Shown: piece after piece, positions 24,371 to 35,849 of the stretch
Position numbering within the stretch: position 1 is the first letter of the stretch
How the letters are laid out: each line of letters opens with the position of its first letter
NCBI GenBank assembly: GCA_976551045.1
Contig: CDPCPM010000425.1
Location: forward strand, 1,116,001 to 1,180,000
DNA from: Glaucostegus cemiculus
Taxonomy: Eukaryota
Direction of reading: 5' to 3'
DNA: 64,000 nt
Position numbers and translations under genes: made by a program
Notes under the pieces: generated by a model
Databases searched by the model: none
What the model was told of the DNA's origin: nothing
The model's input: the letters and a program-made list of their open reading frames with translations, nothing else

Positions 24371-25293
24371 CTGAGAAGATGGGATTGAAAGATTTAGGAG
24401 GCAAAGGGCGGACATGCAGAGCTCAGCAGACATTCCGATCATCCCTGATGTTATTGGATGACTGGCCTTGGTGTCCTGCTGATGCAGCTCCTGCAGGTCA
24501 GAAAGCAACAGAAATTTTTAATCCCCGAAATCTGTCGCCTCACAATACAGATTACCTGGTGCTTAAACTCCGCATAAATCTCATTGCTTCTTCACATTAA
24601 AAACCCCGACTCCGAAGGCGCACGGCAGATAAGTACTGACGAAGCAGTTTCTGGTGCGTTGCTAACCGCTTAAAAGGGAACGGAGGGCAAACGGTATCGA
24701 ATCATGAAGTCGTCATAAAATGTGTTTCAGCCAATATTGAACGTTTGTTCCTATATATGTTGGCCCATTTTGAAACCACAGAATTTCCGCAAAGATTTTC
24801 GATAATGGTAGCCAATGGCAGTGATTTCATTTCCAATGTTGGGCTCGGGAAGCTGGAATATCTTCATCTGGATGAAGAACATTGACAGGACACTTTATGG
24901 ACCGTTTGGTGTACAGGTCCAAATGCCCCTGAACGTGACAACACAGATAGATAAGGTGCTGCGTTCACTCTTTGCATCCGCTGGTAATGTGTAATTTTAA
25001 CCTTGAAGAACGGTGTCGAAACTGAGAATATTCATTAAAATTGGTGTCCCTGCTTAGGTCTGGAAAACGCTAGATTCTGACGTGATAACCGTTTACCACT
25101 TCCTCCCTCAGTCTGTTTTGAAGAAATATTGGATGGGTTGGAAAAAGGGAAATGCATCAAGCCTCAAACACAGGATCTGGCACAAATATTTTTAAGGTTA
25201 ATATTCTCAACCGATCTGCGCAATCATGTAATGAATAGAAAGAAGAGAATCCGCTTGGATCCCGCCTTCTTCACAATTCATCCCACAAAAGCA

Positions 25294-25349
25294 AGGCTCC
25301 GCTGGGAGTTGAACCAGACAGACACTTTGACCGGTTAAGCCACGGAGCC
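25294..25349 (-). pseudogene. tRNA-Thr pseudogene with the anticodon and variable region deleted
   Basis: Minus strand GGCTCCGTGGCTTAACCGGTCAAAGTGTCTGTCT|GGTTCAACTCCCAGCGGAGCCT; intact acceptor stem; ~18 nt missing relative to vertebrate tRNA-Thr. Confidence 0.7.
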
Positions 25350-25742
25350 TTCGCACTGTACTACAATTGTTGTAATGAGATGGAACCAGCATTTAACTGC
25401 ATTTATTCGTCTGCTGGCGAGGGAATTCCTTCACATTCTGTTTAGTTCTTCAGAAAGTTCCATTCATAAGTACATCGAGGCAGTCAAAATGTAAACCAAA
25501 TGCAGAATAAAGAGGTACAGTTACAGATAAAGTACAGTGCTGGCAGCCAAATAACCTTCACTTTTCTCCTTTTAGATTGAAGCATTGTTTGGTAGTTCGA
25601 ACAACTGCAAACTTGAATGCTTTTACTTGTCCTTGACATTCATTGCTGGAAAGGGAGCTGGGCCCATTTGTTGTGGGGGAAACAATATGTGCAGGACAGG
25701 ACACAGTGTTTGTTTCGAATGTCGAAACCATTGCTCGTGAAT

Positions 25743-25856
25743 GTCTGGATGGCCGAGACGTCTAAGGCGCCAGACTCAAGGAGTAATGTCCTTTCGTAGA
25801 AACGCGGGTGTTCTGGTCTCCAACTGGCGGCGTGGGTTCAAATCCCACTCCTGACA
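25743..25856 (+). tRNA. Intron-containing tRNA-Leu(CAA), variant or possible pseudogene
   Basis: GTCTGGATGGCCGAG..GTCTAAGGCGCCAGACTCAAG[30-nt intron 25781-25810]TTCTGGTCTCC...GTGGGTTCAAATCCCACTCCTGACA; D-loop GG altered and one acceptor mismatch. Confidence 0.88.
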
Positions 25857-26039
25857 TTTATTTCTTTGCAGTTATGATCCTCTGAATCTGCAAAAAACAG
25901 TGAATCTTCTGATTTGATCGGAAGTAGCAAACGTAAGCCGGAGTAAGACTGCTTGTCCCTGAAGTGTGTCCCACCGTTCAAGATGATAATGGCTGCGTTG
26001 CTCCGGGCCTTGACCTCTCCTCTCTGCCAGTTTTACAGA

Positions 26040-27270
26040 GCGAGGAATTCCCAAAGTTTTCCAAAAAAGATCGACGTCCTCTTGAAGTAGTCCACTGCTC
26101 CAATCTCCACAGCCCTCTGATGTAGAGGATGACGGAGAATGGCAAACTACTGAGTACTTCAGTTTTAAATTATCGTCCCTTTTCTTGGAACTACTTCCCT
26201 CGATAGATGCTCTACGACAAGTGGAAGCACTTCAACATCTCCCTTGCCTCTCCCCTGATTACTTAGCTGTTTGAATACATTGATATTATTGTTTCTCAAT
26301 CCGAAAGAATACAGACGTAGCTTCCTCTGTTGTTTCTCAGTCTCCCACAGACCGCTACCAATACTACCGTATCCCTCGCTGAATACGCAGATGAAAACTG
26401 CATACATTGCTCCAGGACGGTCAGTCCATCGGGAGAATTGTAAATCTGCACATCTCTTCCTGACCTGCAGTGCCTTGCAACGAATTCCAGGATGCCATTT
26501 GCCTTCCTCAATATTTTGTGCAAATGTCTGATAACTTTTTGTAGTTTTAAGCACTGGGACATTTCTCACGTTGATATCTTCATTCACCGAGAACCTCTTT
26601 CCATTTCGATAACAAATCCCCTGCCGATGTGAATAACTTCACACTTCATGGCACGGATCTCTCTATGCCAAGTGCTCATGATTCTCTGAACTTTTCAACA
26701 TTCAGCCGCGTCTCAGATTTTCTCACTAAAGCAAGCTTTCCAACTTCTCACGTCATCTGTAAACCATCATCGTCCCGTCTTCCTGACCAAGAATATGAAT
26801 AATAAATAATTGAAAGCCAACAATAGATCGCCTGAAAGTTCCACGAGTAAAGTTCTCCAAAACTGAGCACTATTCATTTATACCGAGTCCCTGCCTTCTT
26901 CGTGATCACCAGAATTCAAACCATGCAAACACACGTCCCTCAGTGCTCTGAACACTTATCCACGGGACCACCTTATCTGTGGCGGCTTACCAAATGCGTT
27001 CTGAATGTTCAAATGCACAGCAAATATCGGCTCCCCTCTCTCGACTCAGCTTGTTACAGCCTTGAAAAAAGTAAGTTTGCTAAACATGGCATGTAACTCT
27101 TAAAGCAAACACGTTGATTGATTTGATTACATTAAGCTCCTCGAAATGCAGTAACTCGCTACTCCGCCATGATTACACACTCAAACACCCTTTGAGCTAA
27201 CTGTCTCGCGGTTTTCCACATAATGCTTCATCGCCCTTTCAAAAGACAACTCACAATTTTGGTTTTGTAA
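26040..27270 (-). mobile_element. Highly degenerate CR1 LINE fragment
   Basis: ILRKANGILEFVAR...LEQCMQFSSAY and RLYSFGLR fragments homologous to the CR1 ORF2 C-terminus. Confidence 0.75.
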
Positions 27271-28839
27271 TTAGTTTCTAACTTACCGGGACTATATGAG
27301 TTTATTTGAAAATAAAGTCAGCAAACGGATCCTCTATCTCTTAGCCGGGTACTTCAATGATCTCAGACGGAGTCACTTACTCCTGCTGATTTATCAACAT
27401 TTACACTGTTACGTACCAGCAACAGTAGAAACACACTGAGTCATGTATAAGTGTTAAAACTGTTTAATTAATGAATACTTCGGATAATAAGAAAAGTAAA
27501 ATCGTTAGATATTAAACATCAACCACAAATCTAAACCCGAAGTGTGTGTATGTGGCACATTCCCAAACCCCAAATCTAGGATTAGTTCTCAATGTGCACT
27601 TCAGCAAGTCGTAAGGTGAAACGTGAGCAACGGCTTTTGCAAAACAACCGTTGACTGCAGACAAAAAGTAGAGAAAATATAGAAGGAAATGATGAGATCC
27701 ACAAGTTCCACGATGGAAATTATAAGACACCTCAATCTCTGATTATCTCCACTGCTTTGTTCCGAAGTATCTGCCATGAAGGCATTTCATACGTGGCTGA
27801 AAGTTACCTTTCGTTGTCAATTTTGTCTCTTCTGAGATGTTTAGATATTCGCTCCTCAAGAACGTAAAGCTCTAATCTTCTGATCTTCCGCCAGCTTTTG
27901 CCAGGTAGTATGCGCCAGTTCCGAATTAATATTTTCTCTCATCGCCCTTGATCAAGCATGGAAGGTTGATCACTCTCGATGAATGAACTCACGCCGCACA
28001 TCAGGAATTCGTTCCTTGGATTCATATTTGGACCCATTCTGTGATGCTGTCTGGTGTGGAGTGGTCCTGGTGAATTCTACACTGGGCATGGGTGATTCCG
28101 TTCTGCCTGACAGCAAGGTCGATGACACTCTGTGTCATCATGATAAATGTAGATCGAACCCTGACGGTTTCGTTTGTGTGCTACTCAAGATTTGGCAGTT
28201 GAAGCCAATGGAATGTCGTCAGTCGGTGAAGTATGTCACAGCTTTTGCAGACACGTTGAACGTGATCCCTTTAACAGTGCAATGTGAACAAAGATATCGT
28301 GAAAATCGGAGGGATTCTTTATATTAATGGTGAATAACAGGTAAAGTTTCAGTCAGAGTGACTGAGGGAAACAGCGGGATCTTTACATTGTGTCTTGGGT
28401 GGAGTATTTGAAAGGCGAGTGCCGTCTCTGTCGTGGGGTGAAATTTCAGGAAAATGATGTTTTGAGTGAAATATCGTGATGGAGCCAATGAATGAGACAG
28501 ATAAATTGCAACAGAGTGGCCTAGTGATTTGAATAGTTTGATGTGCTCCAGATCACAAACAGTGGAGAAAGATATTTGGACGCCTGTCCAGCCCGCAGTG
28601 ACTTCAATTTTCTGAAGAACTATGGGTGGTTCAACGATGAGTCTTTAGGCTGAAAGTGATTCCTTGCAACTGATCAGTGCCAGCGCGCAACATCAGTTTA
28701 ATGAGTTGCAAAAGTCCCACTGGAGATACACCATTTCTATTTAAACGAGAACAGTTGCCATATTTCCCACCAGTGTCAGGTACAGCATTACCATCAACAC
28801 TGTCGGCAGCTGTCTAGTTATCTCCGTGAAAATGGGTAG

Positions 28840-31130
28840 ATGGATCAACTTTTCGAGATTCTTCAGGTATTTTACGATATCGAAAAGATATACTATCCTA
28901 TCCTGGTTGTCTTCGGAGTTCCAGGTAAGTCAGAAAATCGGTAGTTGGCAACTGTAATTTTGCTTTGCAATCCCAAAACACGGAAGTAAATTTCATCCAG
29001 CCCAGACTCTTGATGTGAGTTTGTTAACGCGCTGCCTGTCCCTGCTCTGATCGTCACACTTACCGGCACATTGTCCAGGTGAAAAGCGACAGAAAATGAC
29101 CATGTTTCCGTCCTCAAAATGCGATATGATGTGGTTATGATCAATAATTGCCGTGTCGCATTGTACCTTTGCGCTGTACCCTTGCGTCCACTCGCAATTG
29201 TGAAAGTGAATGGACTGGATCAACGAATGTGGGCTGCAACAGGGATGGAGACGAAGCGCAGAAGGCCAGTTCCGAAGCTCACTACACGATTGACATTGCT
29301 CGCATTGATTCAATGTCGGTCACTCTTGTAACAATGGATCAGACGAACTCCTTTTCTGCTTGAGTTGTTCTCCTGTTCAGTATATACAGGAATACATATT
29401 TCATTCCAGAATTCTTCAAATGTCTCTATCGTATACCGATTGTTTATTAAGAAAACGGACTGTCGCGCTGACTCGGTGCAGCTGTGGAATACATTGGATA
29501 AGACGCAACCGGTCCCGTTGCACTTCCAGCTCCATCTCAGTGCACGTGTATGCCTTCATTGCCACTGAATATTGTATCAGGTTATTGAAATAAATGCCTT
29601 TCATCACACGGATCTTTGATCTAATCTCCGCGGCTGTACTAATCCATGTTTCTGGGGTCAGACCTCCAACCAAGTATCAGTGGCAGTTGCATCATCCAAG
29701 GTTGAAATGATCCGTTCACACTTACCTAAACATAACACAAACTCCAGCAGTTGTCCAGTCCCAAGCTTGCGTCAGTTGCCCTAAAACATCGTTTTAATAA
29801 ACACTCACGCACAAAAACTCCATGTGAATTTGAAATGAATTAATGGGGAACAAAGAGTAAAGTAAATTAGACCGACAGTGTGCCTGGCTGGAATTAATTT
29901 TCTGGCGCTGTTAACTCATGAAATCCAAGTCAAAATTGCCCTTGCCGAACAGTTTAGGATCTTCTGTCTAAAGAGTAGAACTGACAATATCAGAACCGGG
30001 AACCGATTCACATCGATGTGTGCATTCAGTTGGAATGTTGATAGCTGGATCTGTGATTCAGACGAGAGTAATGTCCTCCTCCTGAGGTTGCTGACCGTTA
30101 GAGCGGGATCAAAACTTGTCTTTGAGATTGTCGATGAAATCTTTGTTTCTTCAATATCTTTATTCCAGTCTGCACGGAAATGCTGACACTGTTCTCATTC
30201 TGCCCTGTTAATTTGTCTCCTTGTTCCTTTCTTACACAGCCAACCTGGTGACGATTGTGGTCCTGTCTCGGGGAAAGTGCGGTCTCTCCAGCTGTGTCAC
30301 CCGCTACCTGGTGGCCATGGCAGCGGCGGACCTACTGGTCGTTGTCTTTGATCTATTATTGAGGCATATTCCGATAGTTCATCAAATGCGGTTTGTGATG
30401 TTCGCTCCTGTGTGTAATTACCACGCCGTACTGCTTCATGCAGTCACGGACTGTTCCGTCTGGTTCACCGTCACCTTCACCTTTGACCGATTTGTGGCAA
30501 TTTGCTGCCAAAATCTGAAATATCGGTATTCCACTGAGAAAACAGCGGCTACTGTTCTGGGAACGGTGACTGCGCTGAGCTGTATAATGAATGCGTACTG
30601 GTATTTTATGTACACAGCTTGGTACAGATTGGCCTTGGTTTTGTTACATACACGTCCATGTCATGACGTCAATGACGTGGGCAGCAATTGAGGTTCTTCA
30701 TTATATTCTCACCACATGTGTCCCGTTTGTTTTACTTCTGCTATTCCACGCTTTAACAGTCAGACACATTTCAATGGCTCGCAGAGCCCGCAGGAGACTC
30801 CGGGGTAAGAGAAGCGGGGAGACTCCCAGAGACCGAGAGATGGAGAGCAGAAGAAAAACTGTAATATTGTTGTTTGTCATCTCTGGAAATTTCATCCTAT
30901 TATGGTCAGTGTACACAGTGTATTCCATATGGAACCGCTTGTGGAATTTGGGAGATAATTCTGTTTACCTCCCTGGTTTTGCAACCGAAATAGGTTTCAT
31001 GCTCCAGCTTCTGAGTTGCTGCACAAACACGTGCATTTATGTTGCGACACAGACTGAGTTCAGGGAGCAGTTGAGGATTATAATAACATCTCCATTTATT
31101 CCAACTGCAATATTAATTAAACACCGTTAA
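28840..31130 (+). pseudogene. GPR139/GPR142-like class A GPCR, two exons (28840-28924, 30240-31130), frameshifted in ECL2
   Basis: Exon 1 MDQLFEILQVFYDIEKIYYPILVVFGVP with CCAG|GTAAGT donor; acceptor TTACACAG|C in matching phase; ANLVTIVVLSRGKCGLS..RYLVAMAAADLL, SVWFTVTFTFDRFVAIC, LQLLSCCTNTCIY..TQTEFR; 8-bp deletion at ~30632 relative to the paralog at 63.7 kb; TATTTAAA upstream at ~28738. Confidence 0.9.
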
Positions 31131-31599
31131 GAAGTGAACAATTAACATCCTTTTCATTACTTTTCCTTTTCACTCCGCCCTATAATCCCCGAGAGTATGC
31201 GCAAGGGAGAGAATGATCTGAATATATTAATGAACTGATTTACATTGAAAAGTTACTGCTTAACTGTGCATTACATATAAATAAGCAACTCGACATGCAC
31301 GGTGCTTGGGTTGGTGTCCTTGGAGAACAGAAGGGATTTCTCAGGCTCATAAACAGCTAAAAAAATAATGAGTGCGGGAGTCTCCACAATCAATGGCAGT
31401 CGTGCAAATTTTCTGCAGAACGTTGCCATGAGTAGAGACTTTTTTATTGGAGATGGAAGCAGAAACACCAACATTTATGAAGTCCTTAATTCACCAATTC
31501 GAGATCCCGAATGGGGTGGGTGTTTCAGGAGCTGGTATTTCCCTTTTTGCAATTTGACCTCCACGCGAGTCCCGACGCTCAGAGCATCCCACAGTTACT

Positions 31600-32230
31600 G
31601 AGCACATCAAGGTAATGCTGGTGTAGACTCCAGGATGAGTACAGTTCCACGTTGGCTGTTGTGAATTTGAGCGAGACTGGTGTCCAGGTGCCTATGACCG
31701 CTGCTGATGATGCTGTTAAGCTGGGTCTCCCTGAACTCTGAAAAGGAACCACTGGATCTCGGGCTCTAGTATCTACATGTGGCTCCCCACGGGCTGGTAC
31801 AGTTGCTGTCTTCCAGTGTTTGACGGTGCCATACTCCATGAACAGGGGGAGCACCCAGCACACCGCAAGTACAGGGACAGCAGGGCCATTGCGGAGGCAG
31901 GGAGGCTCGAGAGGATAACTTGCCCTCCGTATTGCACGGCCAGATTGTCCCATGAGAAACGATGACTGCAGCAGGGTTGGCTGCAGTCAAGCTGGTAACC
32001 TGGTGGAATCAGACGGCCCTGGATGATCCACTCGCTGTGAATAGTGGTACATGTGCAGTGATTACAAAGGAGTGCTACACCTCTCAGCCCTCTGACCAGG
32101 CTGCTCACTTCAGGGACTCGGTGGCTAAAACTCAGAACCAAGGGACCAGCTTCTCCAGTACTACACCTAATGGGAAACAGGTGGCCGTGTGTGCCACTGG
32201 GGGATGCTGGGCTACTGTCACTCACTGACC
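31600..32230 (+). mobile_element. Endogenous retrovirus (class I, gamma/epsilon-type) env remnant, SU end and TM
   Basis: MWLPTGWYSCCL, furin-like RDSR|AIAE..PPYCTARLSHE, then WNQTALDDPLAVNSGTCAVITKECYT resembling the ISD plus CX6CC (LQNRxALDxLLAxxGGxCxxxxxECC); deleted and frameshifted. Confidence 0.75.
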
Positions 32231-32319
32231 ATTGCCCTCCTTTTTTTGATTATGATTTCTGTATGTCCTGATAGTTTCTTCCCTTGATTGGCAGCTCGTC
32301 TGACTTCCGACGGGTGGAA

Positions 32320-33019
32320 TGTTGTGATAAATCAACATGGTTGTCACGTGACAGCAGTGACACTGACCCCCGCTGACCAGAAGTCAGTATTGATCCCTCT
32401 AATCGGAAGTCATCCGCCTGTCAATCAAGGTGCAGCTCCACCCACCCCTCAGGTGGGAGAGTATCCCTTGACCCTAAACCTGTCTAACCAGTTCTTTTGT
32501 CTTTGACCTCCCTTGACCATTGGCTGTGGCAGAGGCTTTTGTCCTTGATCTCTCCACCATTGGCTCTTTCAAATGGTAACAGTAAGGCTCCACCCAGCCT
32601 TCCAGCACTATAAAAATGGCTGAGGCCCCGGCCCTTTCTCTTTTACGACCCCGGGAGTAGTCAGTTAACACTACAGAACCTTTGGTAAGAGCGCTTCGCC
32701 ACATGGTCAGGGAGTGTGCCCCTCAGACTCCGGGTGGTGTTAGAGCCAGTGCTAGGGTGGGTCTAGCTTTGTAGTGTCATATTTTAAAGCTGTATACTGT
32801 TATTGTATACGTGTTCATCTGTGCTGTGTGTGTAAGTGTATTTCATCCCAGTTGTGATCCCTCTCTCGCGTGCGCGGTATCCTGTGTGAGTGAGCGTGTG
32901 TCTGCTTCCATCCATTCTGTCCTCGCGTTTGCTGTTGTGATTAAACTGGTTGTGATTCACAAAGCTGTGCTTAGAATCCTGTTTCACAAGACCGTAAAAG
33001 AACCATTCCACAGAGACAA
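32320..33019 (+). mobile_element. ERV 3' LTR
   Basis: Begins TGTTGT right after the purine tract GACGGGTGGAA downstream of env; two ATTGG boxes, TATAAAA at ~32608, ATTAAA at ~32940, ends ...ACAAC; similar to the LTR at 57690-58723. Confidence 0.7.
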
Positions 33020-33117
33020 CTCCATCTGTCCATTGTCCCACCTTATCAGATTCCACGTGTTTCTCCCTTCGCTCACCCGCCTGGTTCCAGCTGCGTACCG
33101 CACTTTATTCTCTGAGC

Positions 33118-33510
33118 CGTAGATTCATGCAGCACGGAAACGGGCCTTGAAGACCAACTGTCCATGCCGACCAAATTGCCGACCTGAGCAATTCACATGT
33201 TCCCGCGTTTGGCCAACGTCCATCGGAACTCTTTTTCTCCATATACATGATTAATTGTCTTTAAATGCTGTATTTGTACCCACCTCTATCACGTCATCTG
33301 GAAACATGGTCCACCTGTCAACTCCCTCTGTTTCAACATGTTGCTCCTCCCGTCTCCTTCATCTTTCATCTCATATTAAATCTAAGCTCTGCAGTTGAAG
33401 TTCTCCAACACTGGGAAAACATACTGTGACCATTCAGTATGTGTCCTTCGTGATTTTATATCTCGTTGGAAGGACACCACTCAGCTCCATGAAAAGCCCC
33501 AGTCTTTGTC
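33118..33510 (-). mobile_element. CR1 3'-end fragment
   Basis: CAGCACGGAAACGGGCCTT...CCATGCCGACCAA 3' UTR signature. Confidence 0.7.
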
Positions 33511-34659
33511 CCTCGTCAGATTCCACCAATCACTCACCAGTCTCTCTTTATAATCGTCCGCCCGTCTCCTCCACTACCTGGGTCAATCTTCCAGTCACCA
33601 TTCCTTCTCTGCCTCTGCATAACCTTCAACCTCGGATTCCGCCTGCCCTCCTCACCCACTTGGCTCCATCTTTCCATCATCCATCAAGACACCTGATACC
33701 ACTGATCACCAACCATCCCCTGTCTAATCCGTCCTTTTACCAACTTCTATCTGCTACCTTCCCTCCGTATCCTTCGCCCTGATGCAGAGTTTCGGTAGGA
33801 AAAGGGGACTGTCTCGGGATGAGAATTACCTGTTTTGAAATGATTTCACAAGCAGAATGGTTCTGTGACAGAGCTCAACGAACTCGGAACTTCCTTCACC
33901 TCTGCAATGTTTGAAAGTTGATGTTCTCTGCCTCGGCCTTTCCCACTGACAGAATGTGGTCATGATCTGTCGATCAGTTCAATGGAGTGAACTGTTTCAG
34001 GGTTGAAACGGATTGTGAGTGGAGCGCTCTGCCACAGCCAGATAACACCTTCTCTTCTCTGTGGGTCATTTTAAGCACCGCACTGTTTGCCTCATTGATA
34101 TCAGCATCGTGAGGATGATGAATCCAGACTCTAGATACCCAACCCTCTGAAACACAACACATTGCTGGTGGAATGGTTTCGAAACTGTTCCAGAGTTAGC
34201 TCACTTTCTTCCCATATGTTTTAGTTAAGACCGACCGAAGGAAAGCGTTTTACCATTAAATATACGAAACTAACTGTGGCGGTTGGCTGCGATGTCAAGT
34301 GCTGTTGTCCGCAGGTTGTTCAGAGCTCTGTTTCGGAAGTTACTCTGAAATAGCGCAGGAATCCAGCAAGGAGTTAGTCACGGAATACAATCCTTGATTT
34401 ATTTCAGTGTCCAATAATGCACTTCCATCGCACTCTGGACATACTCTTGTTTTAAAACTGTACGGAATGAGGGTGAACCGGCTCTCGACCTGAACGGCTG
34501 AGAGAAGGCTGGAAACAAGAAAAACTCTGAATTTTTGACAACAAATGCGTCACACAGATGGGAGGACCCAGTCGACATCTCCACTCTTTTTTATTATTTT
34601 AGCCTGCAGATTTATGGTCGTGAGATCGTCGAACGTTTAATCACTTGCTTTCTATAATT

Positions 34660-35260
34660 GAGAAAGGCGGATTAGAGCATTTGCGTGAAAGGATGTACCG
34701 CGGAGGCTTTATAAACTGATTGTCAGACCACCTGTGGAATTCTGCGAGAATATTAGGGACCCGTATCTCAGGAAGGATGTGTTGGTCCGAAGAGGGTCCA
34801 GGGGGTTTCACACGTCTGATGTCAGCAACGAAAGGCTTAACGTATGAGGATAGTTTGATGCTATTGGTCTTGTACTCGATGGAGTTCAAAAGTATGGGGA
34901 TGGAATCTCGTTGAAACCTACTGGATCGCGTGGACGTGGAGAATATGACCCGTCCTGTTGGGGACTCGAGGATCCGAGGACACAGCCTCAAAATAAGCAT
35001 CTTAAAACTAAGATGTAGTATTTCTGCAGCTGCAGAGTGGTGAATATATGGAATTCGTTGCTACAGAGGGCTATAGCGGCCAGGTCATTCGATAAATATT
35101 AGACGGAGATTGATAGGTTCTTGATTGGTCAGCGATTGTATAAGTATTACGGGGAAAGCCGGGGAAGCAGAGTTGAAAGAACGACCGATGGTAAAATGAC
35201 AGAGCAGAGTCCATGGGCCGAGCGGATGAGTGCGCTCCTATATCCTTTGCTTTTATGGTT
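34660..35260 (+). mobile_element. CR1 3'-end fragment
   Basis: GFTRLMSATKGLTYEDSLMLLVLYSMEF and RGHSLKI homologous to the CR1 ORF2 C-terminus. Confidence 0.8.
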
Positions 35261-35849
35261 TAAGATAGATAAGATACCATATCTGTGGGCTGTTCCTCAA
35301 CAGTTGAAAGAAATTAGCCCGCACTGCCTTCTGAAAGTGCAAGAGAGATCCGCTATTAACCTGCCTTGTGCACGAAACGAAGAAGATGTTCAGTTTACTC
35401 CCTCTGGAATCTGGCGGGTACCTTTTACAAGGTTATAGTCGCTCCCACTGTCGGGATTATTTCAGAATCTGCTCCCTGTACCTGATAGAACAAACCCATG
35501 AAATCGGCTCCAATTCAGACAGCCCATGAGTAGAATCAGCATGAATGCAACATGAGGAATAGAAACAAGTTTCGGCCAATTTTCACCTCGCGCCTGTTCT
35601 ACCATTCAGCAGAACTTTTGTCTCATCACCACTTTGCACCACCCAGCCAACATCCCTTCATTCCTTGAGTACAGCAGATGCTATAGTTCTCTGTTTAAAT
35701 GTGTGGTTATTTCAGGTTACAACAGCTTCCATCAATTTTGCAGATTCCCATCGCTGCAGCCAATATCCCTTCACAAAATATGTGAGAGGGAATGAAGTTG
35801 AGACTCTACATGCGCCACGAAAACGTCAAAGTCTTCAAAAGTTGTTCTT

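Noticed and set aside
27408-27780. TGTTACG-starting possible solo LTR
   Set aside because: No matching terminus or TSD found
28832-28834. Upstream ATG as the GPCR start
   Set aside because: Out of frame with the YYPIL..GVP exon; the in-frame ATG is at 28840
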